From: Caldisphaera sp.
GTDB taxonomy: Archaea > Thermoproteota > Thermoprotei_A > Sulfolobales > Acidilobaceae
Assembly: GCA_049971805.1 (NCBI GenBank)
Contig: JBMFKU010000004.1
Coordinates: 1-64,000 of the forward strand
DNA: 64,000 nucleotides
Direction of reading: 5' to 3'
Position numbers and translations under genes: made by a program. Positions 52,284-61,897 of this stretch are shown one piece after another (position 1 is the stretch's first letter; the number at the start of each line of letters is the position of its first letter). The notes beneath the pieces were generated by a model. The model was given only the letters and a program-made list of their open reading frames with translations, had not been told where the DNA came from and made no database searches.

Positions 52284-52973
52284 ATGCAAGATGAAGCAAT
52301 TAACAAGCCTATAGATCCTGATGAAATAGACGACGAAACTGGTGCCTTGCTTGTTAAAATAGCTAGGCAAAGCGTTGAATACTATTTTAAAAATAAAGCA
52401 ATTATGTCAACGCCATCTTACATACCAAAAATTCTTCAAAGACCTGGAGCAGCATTTGTTACAATAGATACTTATTATTCTGAAAATCAGAGCAGTTTAA
52501 GAGGTTGTATAGGTTATATAGAGCCAATAAAGCCTTTAATAAATACAGTAATGGAAGTATCTCTAGAGGCAGCTTTTAATGATCCTAGATTTAATCCAAT
52601 GGATGAAAGAGAGATAAACTTCGTTACATTTGAGGTTTCCGTTTTATCTAAGTTAGAAGCATCTCCTTCAGATAAAATTGGTAGACTAAACTTTATTGTT
52701 ATAGGTAGAGATGGACTAGTTATTGAAAGAGGCTATAATAGAGGGCTTTTATTACCTCAGGTTCCAGTTGAAAATTTATGGGATAAAGAAACTTTTCTCT
52801 CAGAAACTTGTATAAAGGCTGGGCTATGGCCTGATTGTTGGTTAGATAATAAAACAAAGGTATACAGATACAGAGCTATGGCTTGGAAAGAAGTAAAGCC
52901 TAACGGTATCATAATAAGAAGAGATCTGGCAAAGGAATACGAAAAGTTAATTAATAAACATGAGAGTATATAA
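52284..52973 (+). CDS. AMMECR1-domain protein
   Basis: LRGCIG, AAFNDPRF, EVSVLS, GLLLPQV, CIKAGL. Confidence 0.92.
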   Translation: MQDEAINKPIDPDEIDDETGALLVKIARQSVEYYFKNKAIMSTPSYIPKILQRPGAAFVTIDTYYSENQSSLRGCIGYIEPIKPLINTVMEVSLEAAFNDPRFNPMDEREINFVTFEVSVLSKLEASPSDKIGRLNFIVIGRDGLVIERGYNRGLLLPQVPVENLWDKETFLSETCIKAGLWPDCWLDNKTKVYRYRAMAWKEVKPNGIIIRRDLAKEYEKLINKHESI

Positions 52974-53008
52974 GACTCACTAAGTAATAAAAAATTGGAG
53001 GATCAAGG

Positions 53009-53188
53009 ATGTCTATATCAGAAAAAATAAGAGAATATTTATCGGCATGGAAAAGAATAATACTTTTATCCAGAAGACCCGATGAAGAAGAATTTAACTT
53101 ATTAACAAGACTAAGCTTATTAGGTTTTGTTATAGTCGGCGCTATAGGGTACATAATCCATCTAGTATATGTATTATTGGTTGCCTAG
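53009..53188 (+). CDS. secE: Protein translocase SecE/Sec61-gamma (59 aa, below ORF-track cutoff)
   Basis: MSISEKIREYLSAWKRIILLSRRPDEEEFNLLTRLSLLGFVIVGAIGYIIHLVYVLLVA*; GGAGG SD; directly upstream of spt5. Confidence 0.92.
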   Translation: MSISEKIREYLSAWKRIILLSRRPDEEEFNLLTRLSLLGFVIVGAIGYIIHLVYVLLVA

Positions 53189-53198
53189 GTGGTAATAT

Positions 53199-53657
53199 TT
53201 GGATTCACAAAACCAATATAAGGTCTATGCTATATCAGTTATTGGAGGATATGAAGAAAAGATTGCCATGGTTTTTGCAGAGAGAGCACAGGCATTAAAA
53301 TTAAATGTAAAAAGTATAATATATTCAGAAGAATTAAAAGGAACAGTAATAGTAGAGGTAAGCGATCCAAAGGATTTATTTTATTTGATTAGAGGAGTAA
53401 AAAATGTAAAAAGAAGGAGACCTATAACCATTAATATACAAGAAGTCGTCAAGCTATTAAAACCCCCTATATCTTTGCCAACTCTTGAGAAAGGTCAGCT
53501 AATAGAAATCATTGGTGGTCCATTTAAAGGTATGAAAGGTCGCGTAGTTGAGATTTATTCTACTAGAAATGAGGCAGATATAACGCTTTTAGAAGGTGAT
53601 TCAAAAATAGTAGTAACAATACCAATAGAGTATATTAAGGGGGCAGAAGAAAAATAA
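53199..53657 (+). CDS. spt5: Transcription elongation factor Spt5 (NusG)
   Basis: NGN domain, KOW motif IEIIGGPFKGMKGRV. Confidence 0.93.
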   Translation: MDSQNQYKVYAISVIGGYEEKIAMVFAERAQALKLNVKSIIYSEELKGTVIVEVSDPKDLFYLIRGVKNVKRRRPITINIQEVVKLLKPPISLPTLEKGQLIEIIGGPFKGMKGRVVEIYSTRNEADITLLEGDSKIVVTIPIEYIKGAEEK

Positions 53658-53752
53658 TAAAATAATGATAAATTCTTATAAATACAAATAAACCATTAAT
53701 GCTTTAAATTTTTCTATCTTACTTCTTTAAAGGCTGCTATTTGGGCTAAAGA

Positions 53753-54520
53753 TTGGCAATAAATATTAGGTGGGATAAAATGTCTGGCTCATATGAAAGA
53801 GTACAAAAATATATTGATAATGTTGAGTTTGTAATGAAAGATTTAATAAATAAAAGAGAGGAATTAAAAAGAAAAGGATTAAATATTGATAATTTATTAC
53901 AGAACATAAATGCATATCTTAATGATTCTAAGTATTATTTGAAAATTGATAAAATAGAAGATGCCTTTATCTCAATTTCATATGCTGAGGGATTAATAGA
54001 TTCACTTAAATTTTTAAGTTTAATAGATATAAAATGGTCTAATGAAGAGAAAGACTTAAAGAAGGTCTTCATAGCTGGTACATTTGATATTTTGCATCCC
54101 GGTCATATTAATTTATTGAGATTTGCCTCACAATTTGGTAAGGTATATGTGGTCATAGCTAGAGATAAAAATGCAGAAAAAGATAAAGGTAGACCCGTTA
54201 TATTGGATGAAAAATCTAGGCTAGAGCTAATATCATCAATTAAATATACCTATGAAGCCATACTTGGGGATGAAAAGGATTATATTAAACCTATAGAAGA
54301 AATAAAGCCAGATATAATAGTTTTAGGTCCAGATCAACAAATTTCAGAAGAAAAGTTGGCACAAATAGTTGAAAGTAGAATAAATAAAAGACCAATTATT
54401 ATAAGGTATAAAGAAAAAGAGGCCTTTTCTGGAGATTTAAGAGGTTCTACAGACATATTGTTAAAGGCTTGTGGATTACTAAAGCAAAATAAAAATATAG
54501 TTGTTAGTAAATCTTCATGA
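53753..54520 (+). CDS. ribL: DUF357 domain fused to cytidylyltransferase-family FAD synthase
   Basis: AYLNDSKYY..SYAEGLIDSL followed by AGTFDILHPGH, KPDIIVLGPDQ; likely start ATG 53780. Confidence 0.8.
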   Translation: MAINIRWDKMSGSYERVQKYIDNVEFVMKDLINKREELKRKGLNIDNLLQNINAYLNDSKYYLKIDKIEDAFISISYAEGLIDSLKFLSLIDIKWSNEEKDLKKVFIAGTFDILHPGHINLLRFASQFGKVYVVIARDKNAEKDKGRPVILDEKSRLELISSIKYTYEAILGDEKDYIKPIEEIKPDIIVLGPDQQISEEKLAQIVESRINKRPIIIRYKEKEAFSGDLRGSTDILLKACGLLKQNKNIVVSKSS

Positions 54521-54625
54521 TTGTTTCTATTTGTTTTTCATTGTATTTTTAGCTAATTTATTGACCATACTTTTAAATTTTAGTTTACAATTTAGGTGAA
54601 AAAGCAAGTCCAAATTTGCCTTTAT

Positions 54626-55072
54626 TCAATCTCCACCTAGTATCTCGCCGGGCTCAGCGCTAATATCTATTTGGCTCATGAATTTTTCAAGCTCTCTTAT
54701 GGAAACCATGCATATATAATTCCCGAGTTCATCAACTATAGGTAAGTGTCTAAACCCATAGTAGGCCATAGTTTTGATTGTTTTCAATACACTCCAATCA
54801 GGATTACCAGCAATAACATTTTTTGTCATAACTTCCTCGACTTTCGTTTCATCAGATTTCATTGATTTAAATAAAACTTTGTTTAAAAGATCTCTTTCGG
54901 TAAATATACCCAATATTTTACCCTCTTCATTAATTACAGCAACAGCACCAATTCCTGTTTCTGCCATTATATTTATTGCCTTTGTTACATTATCATTTGG
55001 ATAAACTTTAGGTTGCAGACCCGTACATATTGTTATTACAGGAGGACCCTCATTTGCCAACCTTCTCACCAA
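54626..55072 (-). CDS. CBS-domain pair protein
   Basis: GIFTERDL, FRHLPIVD. Confidence 0.9.
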   Translation of the reverse strand: MVRRLANEGPPVITICTGLQPKVYPNDNVTKAINIMAETGIGAVAVINEEGKILGIFTERDLLNKVLFKSMKSDETKVEEVMTKNVIAGNPDWSVLKTIKTMAYYGFRHLPIVDELGNYICMVSIRELEKFMSQIDISAEPGEILGGD

Positions 55073-55181
55073 TATATATTTGTTGTTATTAGATCTTAAA
55101 TATATCTTTATGACTTGTTTATTAATTTAGAGTAAACATAATATTTATTCTAATAGATATTATAAGTTAAGGGGGTTAATT

Positions 55182-55880
55182 ATGGAATGCGATCCAAAAA
55201 AAGAAGCTGCAAAAGGGGCTGTTGAATTAGTTAAAGATCTAATAAATAATTTTAACATGATAGGATTAGGCACGGGTAACACAATAAAATCTTTTATAGA
55301 TGAAGCTAGATCTCTATTGTTTAATAAAAAAATAATTAGTTCTAGCAATTCTACAACAATCTATGTTTCCTCTCAAGGATTCGATGTAATAGAAATGCCT
55401 CTAAATGCCTTGGATTATTTATATATCGATGGAGCAGACGAGTTTACCAAAGAAGGAGATATGATAAAGGGTGGTGGGGGAGCCTTATTAGGAGAAAAAA
55501 TATTGGCATTTTCTGGTAAAATTAATATATTTGTTGTTGGAGAAGATAAGTTAGTAAATAAGTTAGGAGAAAAAAGACCAGTGCCTATAGAGATAGTCCC
55601 AAAATCTTATCCTTATGTATTAAAAGTAATAAACTCATACAGGTTTAAATCAGAACTTAGACAGTCAAGTGGAAAGATTGGTCCTGTAATAAGTGATTGG
55701 GGCGGATTTCTATTAGATATTTCAACAGGTCCTATAGAAAATCCATATAAATTGAACAATATTTTAAAATCCATACCGGGTGTTATAGAAACAGGTATAT
55801 TTTTAGGCTATGCAGATTATATTGTTGTTGGTAAGAAAGATTGTGGTTATTATGTCATTAAATCGAAAAGAAAAACTTAA
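55182..55880 (+). CDS. rpiA: Ribose-5-phosphate isomerase A
   Basis: GLGTG, IDGADE, IKGGGGALLGEK, PGVIETGIF. Confidence 0.95.
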   Translation: MECDPKKEAAKGAVELVKDLINNFNMIGLGTGNTIKSFIDEARSLLFNKKIISSSNSTTIYVSSQGFDVIEMPLNALDYLYIDGADEFTKEGDMIKGGGGALLGEKILAFSGKINIFVVGEDKLVNKLGEKRPVPIEIVPKSYPYVLKVINSYRFKSELRQSSGKIGPVISDWGGFLLDISTGPIENPYKLNNILKSIPGVIETGIFLGYADYIVVGKKDCGYYVIKSKRKT

Positions 55881-56265
55881 CTATGAGATAAATGAGGACA
55901 CATTTAATAAATCATATCCAAGTAAGTGGGAAGAAAAGATAAGAGAGGAAGTATATTCAGATAAGTTCGTTTTGATTAACGAAAAACCTGAAATATGGGT
56001 TTATATGGGATCTCATGGAGATCATTTGCTTTTAGGAACGCAAAAATCAGCTATATATTGTAGCTGTAAAGGTTTTAGGATTAGCCTAGAAAGAAAAGAT
56101 AATCAAGGGTGCTCTCATATATATGCATTAAACTTGTTAAAACCTGCTAAAAAATTTAGGAACATATCAAAAAAATTAAGTCAAGATGATCTTATTAAAA
56201 TTATTGAAGAAATTATGGAGATAGATTATAGCTATTTACTAAGAACTAAATTACTAGAGGAATAA
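55852..56265 (+). CDS. SWIM Zn-finger protein
   Basis: YCSCKGF..CSHIYA; start set at ATG 55852. Confidence 0.75.
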   Translation: MSLNRKEKLNYEINEDTFNKSYPSKWEEKIREEVYSDKFVLINEKPEIWVYMGSHGDHLLLGTQKSAIYCSCKGFRISLERKDNQGCSHIYALNLLKPAKKFRNISKKLSQDDLIKIIEEIMEIDYSYLLRTKLLEE

Positions 56266-56303
56266 TCTATTTATTATAAGATATTTTAAAATAATTAATA
56301 TTG

Positions 56304-56492
56304 TTAAATCATTCTCGCGAATATTACTATGATTGCTATTACAACAGATATTATCATTAATGTCATCGGTGAAATTTCAATTTTACTATCATAATTTTCA
56401 TAAAATGCAATTAATCCTGCAGATGACATTGGTGAGGTTTGCTTTTTCTTTGAAGATCTCTTTTTGGGCTTAGTAGACATTAATTCCACCAT
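56304..56492 (-). CDS. secG: Preprotein translocase Sec61-beta
   Basis: SSAGLIAFYE..ISP plus C-terminal TM. Confidence 0.88.
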   Translation of the reverse strand: MVELMSTKPKKRSSKKKQTSPMSSAGLIAFYENYDSKIEISPMTLMIISVVIAIIVIFARMI

Positions 56493-56590
56493 CTATATAT
56501 TATGTACTTCAGTATTTATAAGCTATTAAGAGCTAAAAACTCTAAGCTTTTACTATAGTAAAAGATTATAGAGATGTAATCAAAATATTA

Positions 56591-57346
56591 CTAATAATAT
56601 TTAGCTCCTTTTATAGATTTTACCATTTCATATATCGATGTTGGATCCTTTTCAACAATAGTTCCATTAACTATGCCATCGGCTCCAGCTTTTATTATTT
56701 CTTTAGCTATTTCTGGAGAATTTATCCCACCACCTACTATTAGAAGACCATCAAATTCTACCTGATCTAAGACCTTTCTAACTAAAGTAATGGTTGATGC
56801 AGGAATTGGGTAAGGTGCCCCGCTTCCAGCTTCTAAATAAATTATTTTAGCTCCTAGCATAGCACCCGCAAGAGAGTAAGCAGCTGCTATATCACCTCTT
56901 TCATAGGGTATCGGTCTTGCTTTACCTATGTATCCGGCAGCACCTCCATGACCTATTATTATATAGGCTGTTGGAATTGTTTCGAGTCCCATTCTTAATA
57001 TTATGGGCGCAGCCTGTGCTTGAACTCCACCAACATAATAGGGATCATCACTGTTTAAAAGTAGCATAAACAAAACCGCATCCGCACATGAGGTTAATCC
57101 ATTTATATTACCTGGAAACAATATTACTGGAAGTCCCGATTCTTTCGATGATCTTACTAACTCTGATAATTGTGGTTCAAATACTCCTAAGGAACCCCCT
57201 ATTAGTATTGCGTTAGATTCTGCTTCAGAAGCTTTTAATGAAATTCTTTTAGCTTCTTCGGGTGTAGTCTTATCTGGGTCTATTAAAGTTAGGTGTATTT
57301 TGTTTCTCTTATTTTCCATTAATTTTTTAAATGTTTTTTCTTTCAA
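56591..57346 (-). CDS. Geranylgeranylglyceryl phosphate synthase
   Basis: LIDPDK, IGGS, LFPG, YLEAGSGA, VGGGI. Confidence 0.93.
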   Translation of the reverse strand: MKEKTFKKLMENKRNKIHLTLIDPDKTTPEEAKRISLKASEAESNAILIGGSLGVFEPQLSELVRSSKESGLPVILFPGNINGLTSCADAVLFMLLLNSDDPYYVGGVQAQAAPIILRMGLETIPTAYIIIGHGGAAGYIGKARPIPYERGDIAAAYSLAGAMLGAKIIYLEAGSGAPYPIPASTITLVRKVLDQVEFDGLLIVGGGINSPEIAKEIIKAGADGIVNGTIVEKDPTSIYEMVKSIKGAKYY

Positions 57347-57424
57347 AATTTCACCTTCTTTGGTTTATTCTTTAAATAACTAAACTAGGTAATATTTTTT
57401 CTAAATAAAGTTGTTAAATATAGC

Positions 57425-57757
57425 TTAGGATTCGGAATCAATTTCTTCCTGCCCCTCTTCTTCTTTCAGTTCAATCTTTTTTTCACATTCGTTAAGCTTA
57501 TTTTCATAGCTTAAATCAACAACTTTATTATAAACATCTACTCTATCATAAATCTTAGGAACTTTCATTTCGCAATATAAATGGCAATTCCCACATTTAG
57601 CTATTGCCAACTTCTCATCCTCGTTGCCCTCAATTTTTTCAAAATCTATGGTTAAGGTAACTGCTCCACATCTTGGGCATTGGAAATATCTGCTTGGATG
57701 TCTTGGTTTTTTCGGTTTTAATGACTTCTTTCTCCTTCTTCTTGCCACCAATTGCAC
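57425..57757 (-). CDS. elf1: Transcription elongation factor Elf1
   Basis: Basic N-terminus, FQCPRC..CGNC, VDVY, acidic tail. Confidence 0.88.
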   Translation of the reverse strand: MQLVARRRRKKSLKPKKPRHPSRYFQCPRCGAVTLTIDFEKIEGNEDEKLAIAKCGNCHLYCEMKVPKIYDRVDVYNKVVDLSYENKLNECEKKIELKEEEGQEEIDSES

Positions 57758-57861
57758 CTCTTAATATTTACGAATTTATTGTGGAAGGCGCAGTTTAAAT
57801 TTGTGTATATTTTTTAAGATTTTTGTTTTAATTAAATTATTATTTATTTTTTAATAAATAA

Positions 57862-59019
57862 TCAGATAGAGTCTTTTAGTAAATTTATTAAAATTTTATC
57901 ATCTATGTTAGCTCCAAATAATCTATTTTTTAGTCTGTCTGCGACAACAGGATTTAGAAATGCCCTTCTAATAGCTTCTCTAAGCATATCCATGCCAAAT
58001 CCATAATCGCTTAATTTCTTAGAGAATCCTAAAGATTCTTGGAAATTCTTTAATATCTTTGTTGTTTCATTGGGATCTGAGCTGGGCTTAAAATCAGGGT
58101 TAAAAATCCTTAGAAGTCTAGCAGAATCCATTGGTGAAGCTTTATGTATTAGTGGTGCCAGATTAGGTCCAATAATGGCTAAACCACAACCATGGGGTAG
58201 CGAAGGAACTAAACCACTCATTATATTTTCCAGTGCATGTATTATATTTGTTGGTGATATATCTATAGATACTCCTGCCATCATAGAAGCATAAAGCAAA
58301 TAGTACCTGGCTTCAACATCATTCAAATTATTTATAGCTTTTGGTAAGTATTCGTATATTTGCTTTACAGCCTCTTCAGAAAATGCTTTAACCAATGGAG
58401 GGCTATTAGCTGTTGTTGTGGATTCATAAGCATGATAAAAGGCATCAAACGATGTGCATAGAACTTCTTCTTTTGGCATGGTCAAAGTATATTTAGGATC
58501 TTCAAATGCTGCTTTTGGATAGCAAACAGCGTTTCCTAGTTTATCACCTCTTTCTGTATCTGTTGTATTAGCGTATTTATTCACTTCACTACCAGTGCCA
58601 TGGGTTAAGTTTACTGCAAAAACAGGAATTATTTTTTCTACCTTTCTTTTTCCATAAAGATAATCTGTAGCTTTACCACCATTAGATGCTATGGCTGATC
58701 CCAATTTAGAAGTATCGATTATGCTTCCTCCTCCTATAGCTATTAGTGCTTCTGCCTTTGATAATAATATTGTTTTTGCTAACTCATCAGCTTGTGATGA
58801 TAACGGATTCGGTGTAATTCTATCAAATATAGTATAAGTTATATTTAATTCTTTTAATATCTTTATTACATCATCTAGTGCTCCGCTAGCTTTTGCGGAA
58901 TTTTTACCAGTTACAACTATTAAATTCTTATTTCCTTTTAGATAGTTGCTTAAATTGCTTATAGCTGAAGGTCCAAAATATATGTCATCATTACTGTATG
59001 TCCATACAAATTTTATCAT
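57862..59019 (-). CDS. Iron-containing alcohol dehydrogenase
   Basis: AIGGGSIID, THGTGSEV, DAFYHAYE, HALE, HGCG. Confidence 0.92.
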   Translation of the reverse strand: MIKFVWTYSNDDIYFGPSAISNLSNYLKGNKNLIVVTGKNSAKASGALDDVIKILKELNITYTIFDRITPNPLSSQADELAKTILLSKAEALIAIGGGSIIDTSKLGSAIASNGGKATDYLYGKRKVEKIIPVFAVNLTHGTGSEVNKYANTTDTERGDKLGNAVCYPKAAFEDPKYTLTMPKEEVLCTSFDAFYHAYESTTTANSPPLVKAFSEEAVKQIYEYLPKAINNLNDVEARYYLLYASMMAGVSIDISPTNIIHALENIMSGLVPSLPHGCGLAIIGPNLAPLIHKASPMDSARLLRIFNPDFKPSSDPNETTKILKNFQESLGFSKKLSDYGFGMDMLREAIRRAFLNPVVADRLKNRLFGANIDDKILINLLKDSI

Positions 59020-59242
59020 ATCTGTCTCACCTTCTCTTTTAACTTATTATTTGTTAGCGCTTATCTATATTTTTTAATAACCAGATATTATTACTTTATA
59101 TTATTGTTCGATAAAGTTACCTTTATGTTTTAAATATTAAAAGAAAAATTCTGTTTATTAATAAATTAAAAATCTATCTAAAGAGCAAAGCCAACAAAGA
59201 TTTAACTTAAAAACCCTTAATACAAGATTTAGATAAAAGGGA

Positions 59243-59318
59243 GCGGCGGTAGTCTAGCCTGGATTAGGACGCTGGCCCGCCACGCCAGAGGTCCCGGGTT
59301 CAAATCCCGGCCGCCGCA
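59243..59318 (+). tRNA. tRNA-Gly (GCC)
   Basis: GCGGCGG/CCGCCGC acceptor; anticodon arm CTGGC-CCGCCAC-GCCAG. Confidence 0.93.
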
Positions 59319-59429
59319 TTTTATTTTGAAAAAATATATAAGATATAATCTTTTAAGATGCTTTATAAGCAATGAAGAGCATTATTAAAGCTCGATAAAA
59401 TATTTACAAAAAAGAACAGGGAATAGAAA

Positions 59430-60239
59430 ATGAAATGGATTAACCCAAGGATAGAATACATAGGTGATATAGCTATAATAAAGGTTCCATTTAATGTAAT
59501 ATATAAAAATGAGGATATATTATCTTTAGCAGAAGATATATTAAAGAAATATAAATTTATAAAATCTGTATGGCTTGCAGCTTCACCTGTTAAAGGTGAG
59601 TTAAAAATAAGGGATTTTATTCATTTATTGGGAGAAAATAGATCAACCACGATTTATAAGGAACATAATTGTTTATTTAGATTAGATATAAAGAAGGTCT
59701 TTATAACGCCTAGATTAAGTTATGAGCATTTAAGGATAGCAAATCTTGTGAAGGAAAACGAGAGAATAGTAAATATGTTTGCTGGTGTCGGCTTATTCTC
59801 TATAATTATAGCAAAAAAATCAAAGCCAAAGATTGTTCATAGCATTGATATAAATCCTGAAGCATATAATTACATGAAAGAAAACATAAACTTAAACAAG
59901 GTTAATGATATTGTAATACCATATGTTGGTGATGCAAAAGATGTTATTGAGGAAAATTTAATAGATTCTGCAGATAGAGTTTTAATGCCATTACCTGATT
60001 TAGCTTTGCCATATTTAAAATATGCTGTTCTTGCATTGAATAAGGAAGGATACATACATATTTATTTGCATATAAAGGCAAATAAGTTGCAAGATCCTAT
60101 AACTATATCTAACGAACAAGTTATAAATGCTCTAAATAATTTTAACATAGAATATAAACTAATCAATTCAAAAATAGTGAGAACTGTTGGCCCAAGATTT
60201 TATCAGGTGGTTATAGATGTCTACGCAAAAAAACATTAA
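59430..60239 (+). CDS. Trm5/Taw2-family (Met-10+) tRNA G37 modification SAM enzyme
   Basis: IGDIAII, YKEHNCLF.LD, NMFAGVGLF, DINP, DRVLMPLP. Confidence 0.88.
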   Translation: MKWINPRIEYIGDIAIIKVPFNVIYKNEDILSLAEDILKKYKFIKSVWLAASPVKGELKIRDFIHLLGENRSTTIYKEHNCLFRLDIKKVFITPRLSYEHLRIANLVKENERIVNMFAGVGLFSIIIAKKSKPKIVHSIDINPEAYNYMKENINLNKVNDIVIPYVGDAKDVIEENLIDSADRVLMPLPDLALPYLKYAVLALNKEGYIHIYLHIKANKLQDPITISNEQVINALNNFNIEYKLINSKIVRTVGPRFYQVVIDVYAKKH

Positions 60240-60780
60240 AGAAATTTTATTGCTAGAAAGAATCATTGGCTATCTAGATCCATTTGCTGAAGAGTACCTT
60301 ATAAAATTAAATAATAATGAAATTTCCACATCGAGCAGTTGCATGGGAAGAATAACAGTAATTGAAGGTAAATGGCATTGGGAAAGAAATAGAGCCAGAA
60401 TAGTCTTGAAATCTCATAAACCTATAACAATTTATGATTTATCAAATGTAATAGTTAGACCATTTGATAACTTGTGGTTAAAGGTTACAGGCCCAATTAT
60501 ACATTTAAAGACAAATAAAATTAGCTGCGCATTTTTAATTTTAGATTCAGCAAGAAAATCAGGCTTTAAGCACAGCGGAATTTTTTCAAATTCAAATGGC
60601 TTATATACTGTTGAATTGCTAAGTGCAATTCAAATAGCCATGCCATTAAAAATAAATAATACGTATACAATAAATCCAAGTTCATTAAATAACGTTATAG
60701 AAATTGCTAATAATGCTTTACTGGAAGGGCATAGAAGGTTAAACAAGTTGGTAGAATTAACAAGTGAAATTAATTGTTAG
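60217..60780 (+). CDS. taw3: tRNA wyosine methyltransferase Taw3/TYW3
   Basis: GYLD, TSSSCMGRI, KSH, PIIH, SGFKHSGI. Confidence 0.85.
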   Translation: MSTQKNIKEILLLERIIGYLDPFAEEYLIKLNNNEISTSSSCMGRITVIEGKWHWERNRARIVLKSHKPITIYDLSNVIVRPFDNLWLKVTGPIIHLKTNKISCAFLILDSARKSGFKHSGIFSNSNGLYTVELLSAIQIAMPLKINNTYTINPSSLNNVIEIANNALLEGHRRLNKLVELTSEINC

Positions 60781-61795
60781 ATCTTTTCTTGGACTCTACA
60801 TTTCTTTTATAGGCTAATATCGGATGTTTAGCTCCGCAATCCATAGGACATAAATTTTTCTTTTTCATTACATCGCATCTGTAAGGATTTAAATTCTCCA
60901 TGCCTAAAAATGAATTTGTAATTCTTTTTGATAAATTGTTTGATATTCCTAAAGAAGATTCCAAGACATTGCTTATTTCATCCTCGTCTACTCCTATAGA
61001 TATTAGAAATGATATGTATAATAGTAACTTTTCATGATTTATATTACTTCCATTGTCTATTTCTTTTTTTATGGCCTTCATGCAAGGTGGAAAGCTGTTA
61101 TAGTCCGTTTTTTCTCCTGTTGGTATTTTATTTTCAGCAATCTTAAGATATCTTGTTATATTATTTCCTAATTCTTTTAATTCTTCGTTGTTTATCTCAA
61201 TATTGTTTGCAAATGATTTTATTTTAGTTATTATTGCTATTTCTAAAAAATCTTTAAGTAAGCTTTCATCTAGATATACATTGCCATTCATTAAAAAGGA
61301 ATTCACTAATCTAAATTTACTTTCCTGGCCATTAACTGATATTCTTAAATAGCTATCTAATCTAACAGAATATTGCAATGTACGATATCTTACATTGCCT
61401 TGCTTTGTTCGTATCCAAGGGATTTTTATGGGCCTTTTTTCTATAATAACTCCTAATGACTTTGCTAGTGAAATTAATGTTTCTTCATCTTCATTGGCTA
61501 TAAATGTGCTTGCTCTGTTTGCTTCCGCATTTGCAAATAAATTTAATGCTATTATGGAGTTTGTTGTTTTAATGCCTCCTAACGCTAAATAAAACGATAG
61601 GACTTCATCCTCAGTCGAATCTCCATTTTTTAAGGGACTAATTTTCTTAGTTATACCTTCTTCTAATCTTTTCTTAGTTATTCTTACTATCCTTTCATTT
61701 TCCATAAGAGATTCCAAGCTTATTTTATAGCCAAGATTGCTCTTAACGTATTCATCAAGCGATATTGCAAATGGGTACTTGCTATATGTAAGCAT
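60770..61795 (-). CDS. priL: DNA primase large subunit
   Basis: KYPF, FPPCM, PY.C..MK..LC..C..HP..Y Fe-S domain. Confidence 0.85.
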   Translation of the reverse strand: MLTYSKYPFAISLDEYVKSNLGYKISLESLMENERIVRITKKRLEEGITKKISPLKNGDSTEDEVLSFYLALGGIKTTNSIIALNLFANAEANRASTFIANEDEETLISLAKSLGVIIEKRPIKIPWIRTKQGNVRYRTLQYSVRLDSYLRISVNGQESKFRLVNSFLMNGNVYLDESLLKDFLEIAIITKIKSFANNIEINNEELKELGNNITRYLKIAENKIPTGEKTDYNSFPPCMKAIKKEIDNGSNINHEKLLLYISFLISIGVDEDEISNVLESSLGISNNLSKRITNSFLGMENLNPYRCDVMKKKNLCPMDCGAKHPILAYKRNVESKKRSNN

Positions 61796-61897
61796 TTTTC
61801 TTCATATATAATATTTTGTTCAAGGTTTAAGAAAACTTCGGTTATTATAGTTATTTAATGACTATAAATATTAATATAGGAAAAATTATTTATTATT

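Noticed and set aside
52951-53154. 67-aa minus-strand ORF
   Set aside because: Antisense to the real secE gene at 53009-53188
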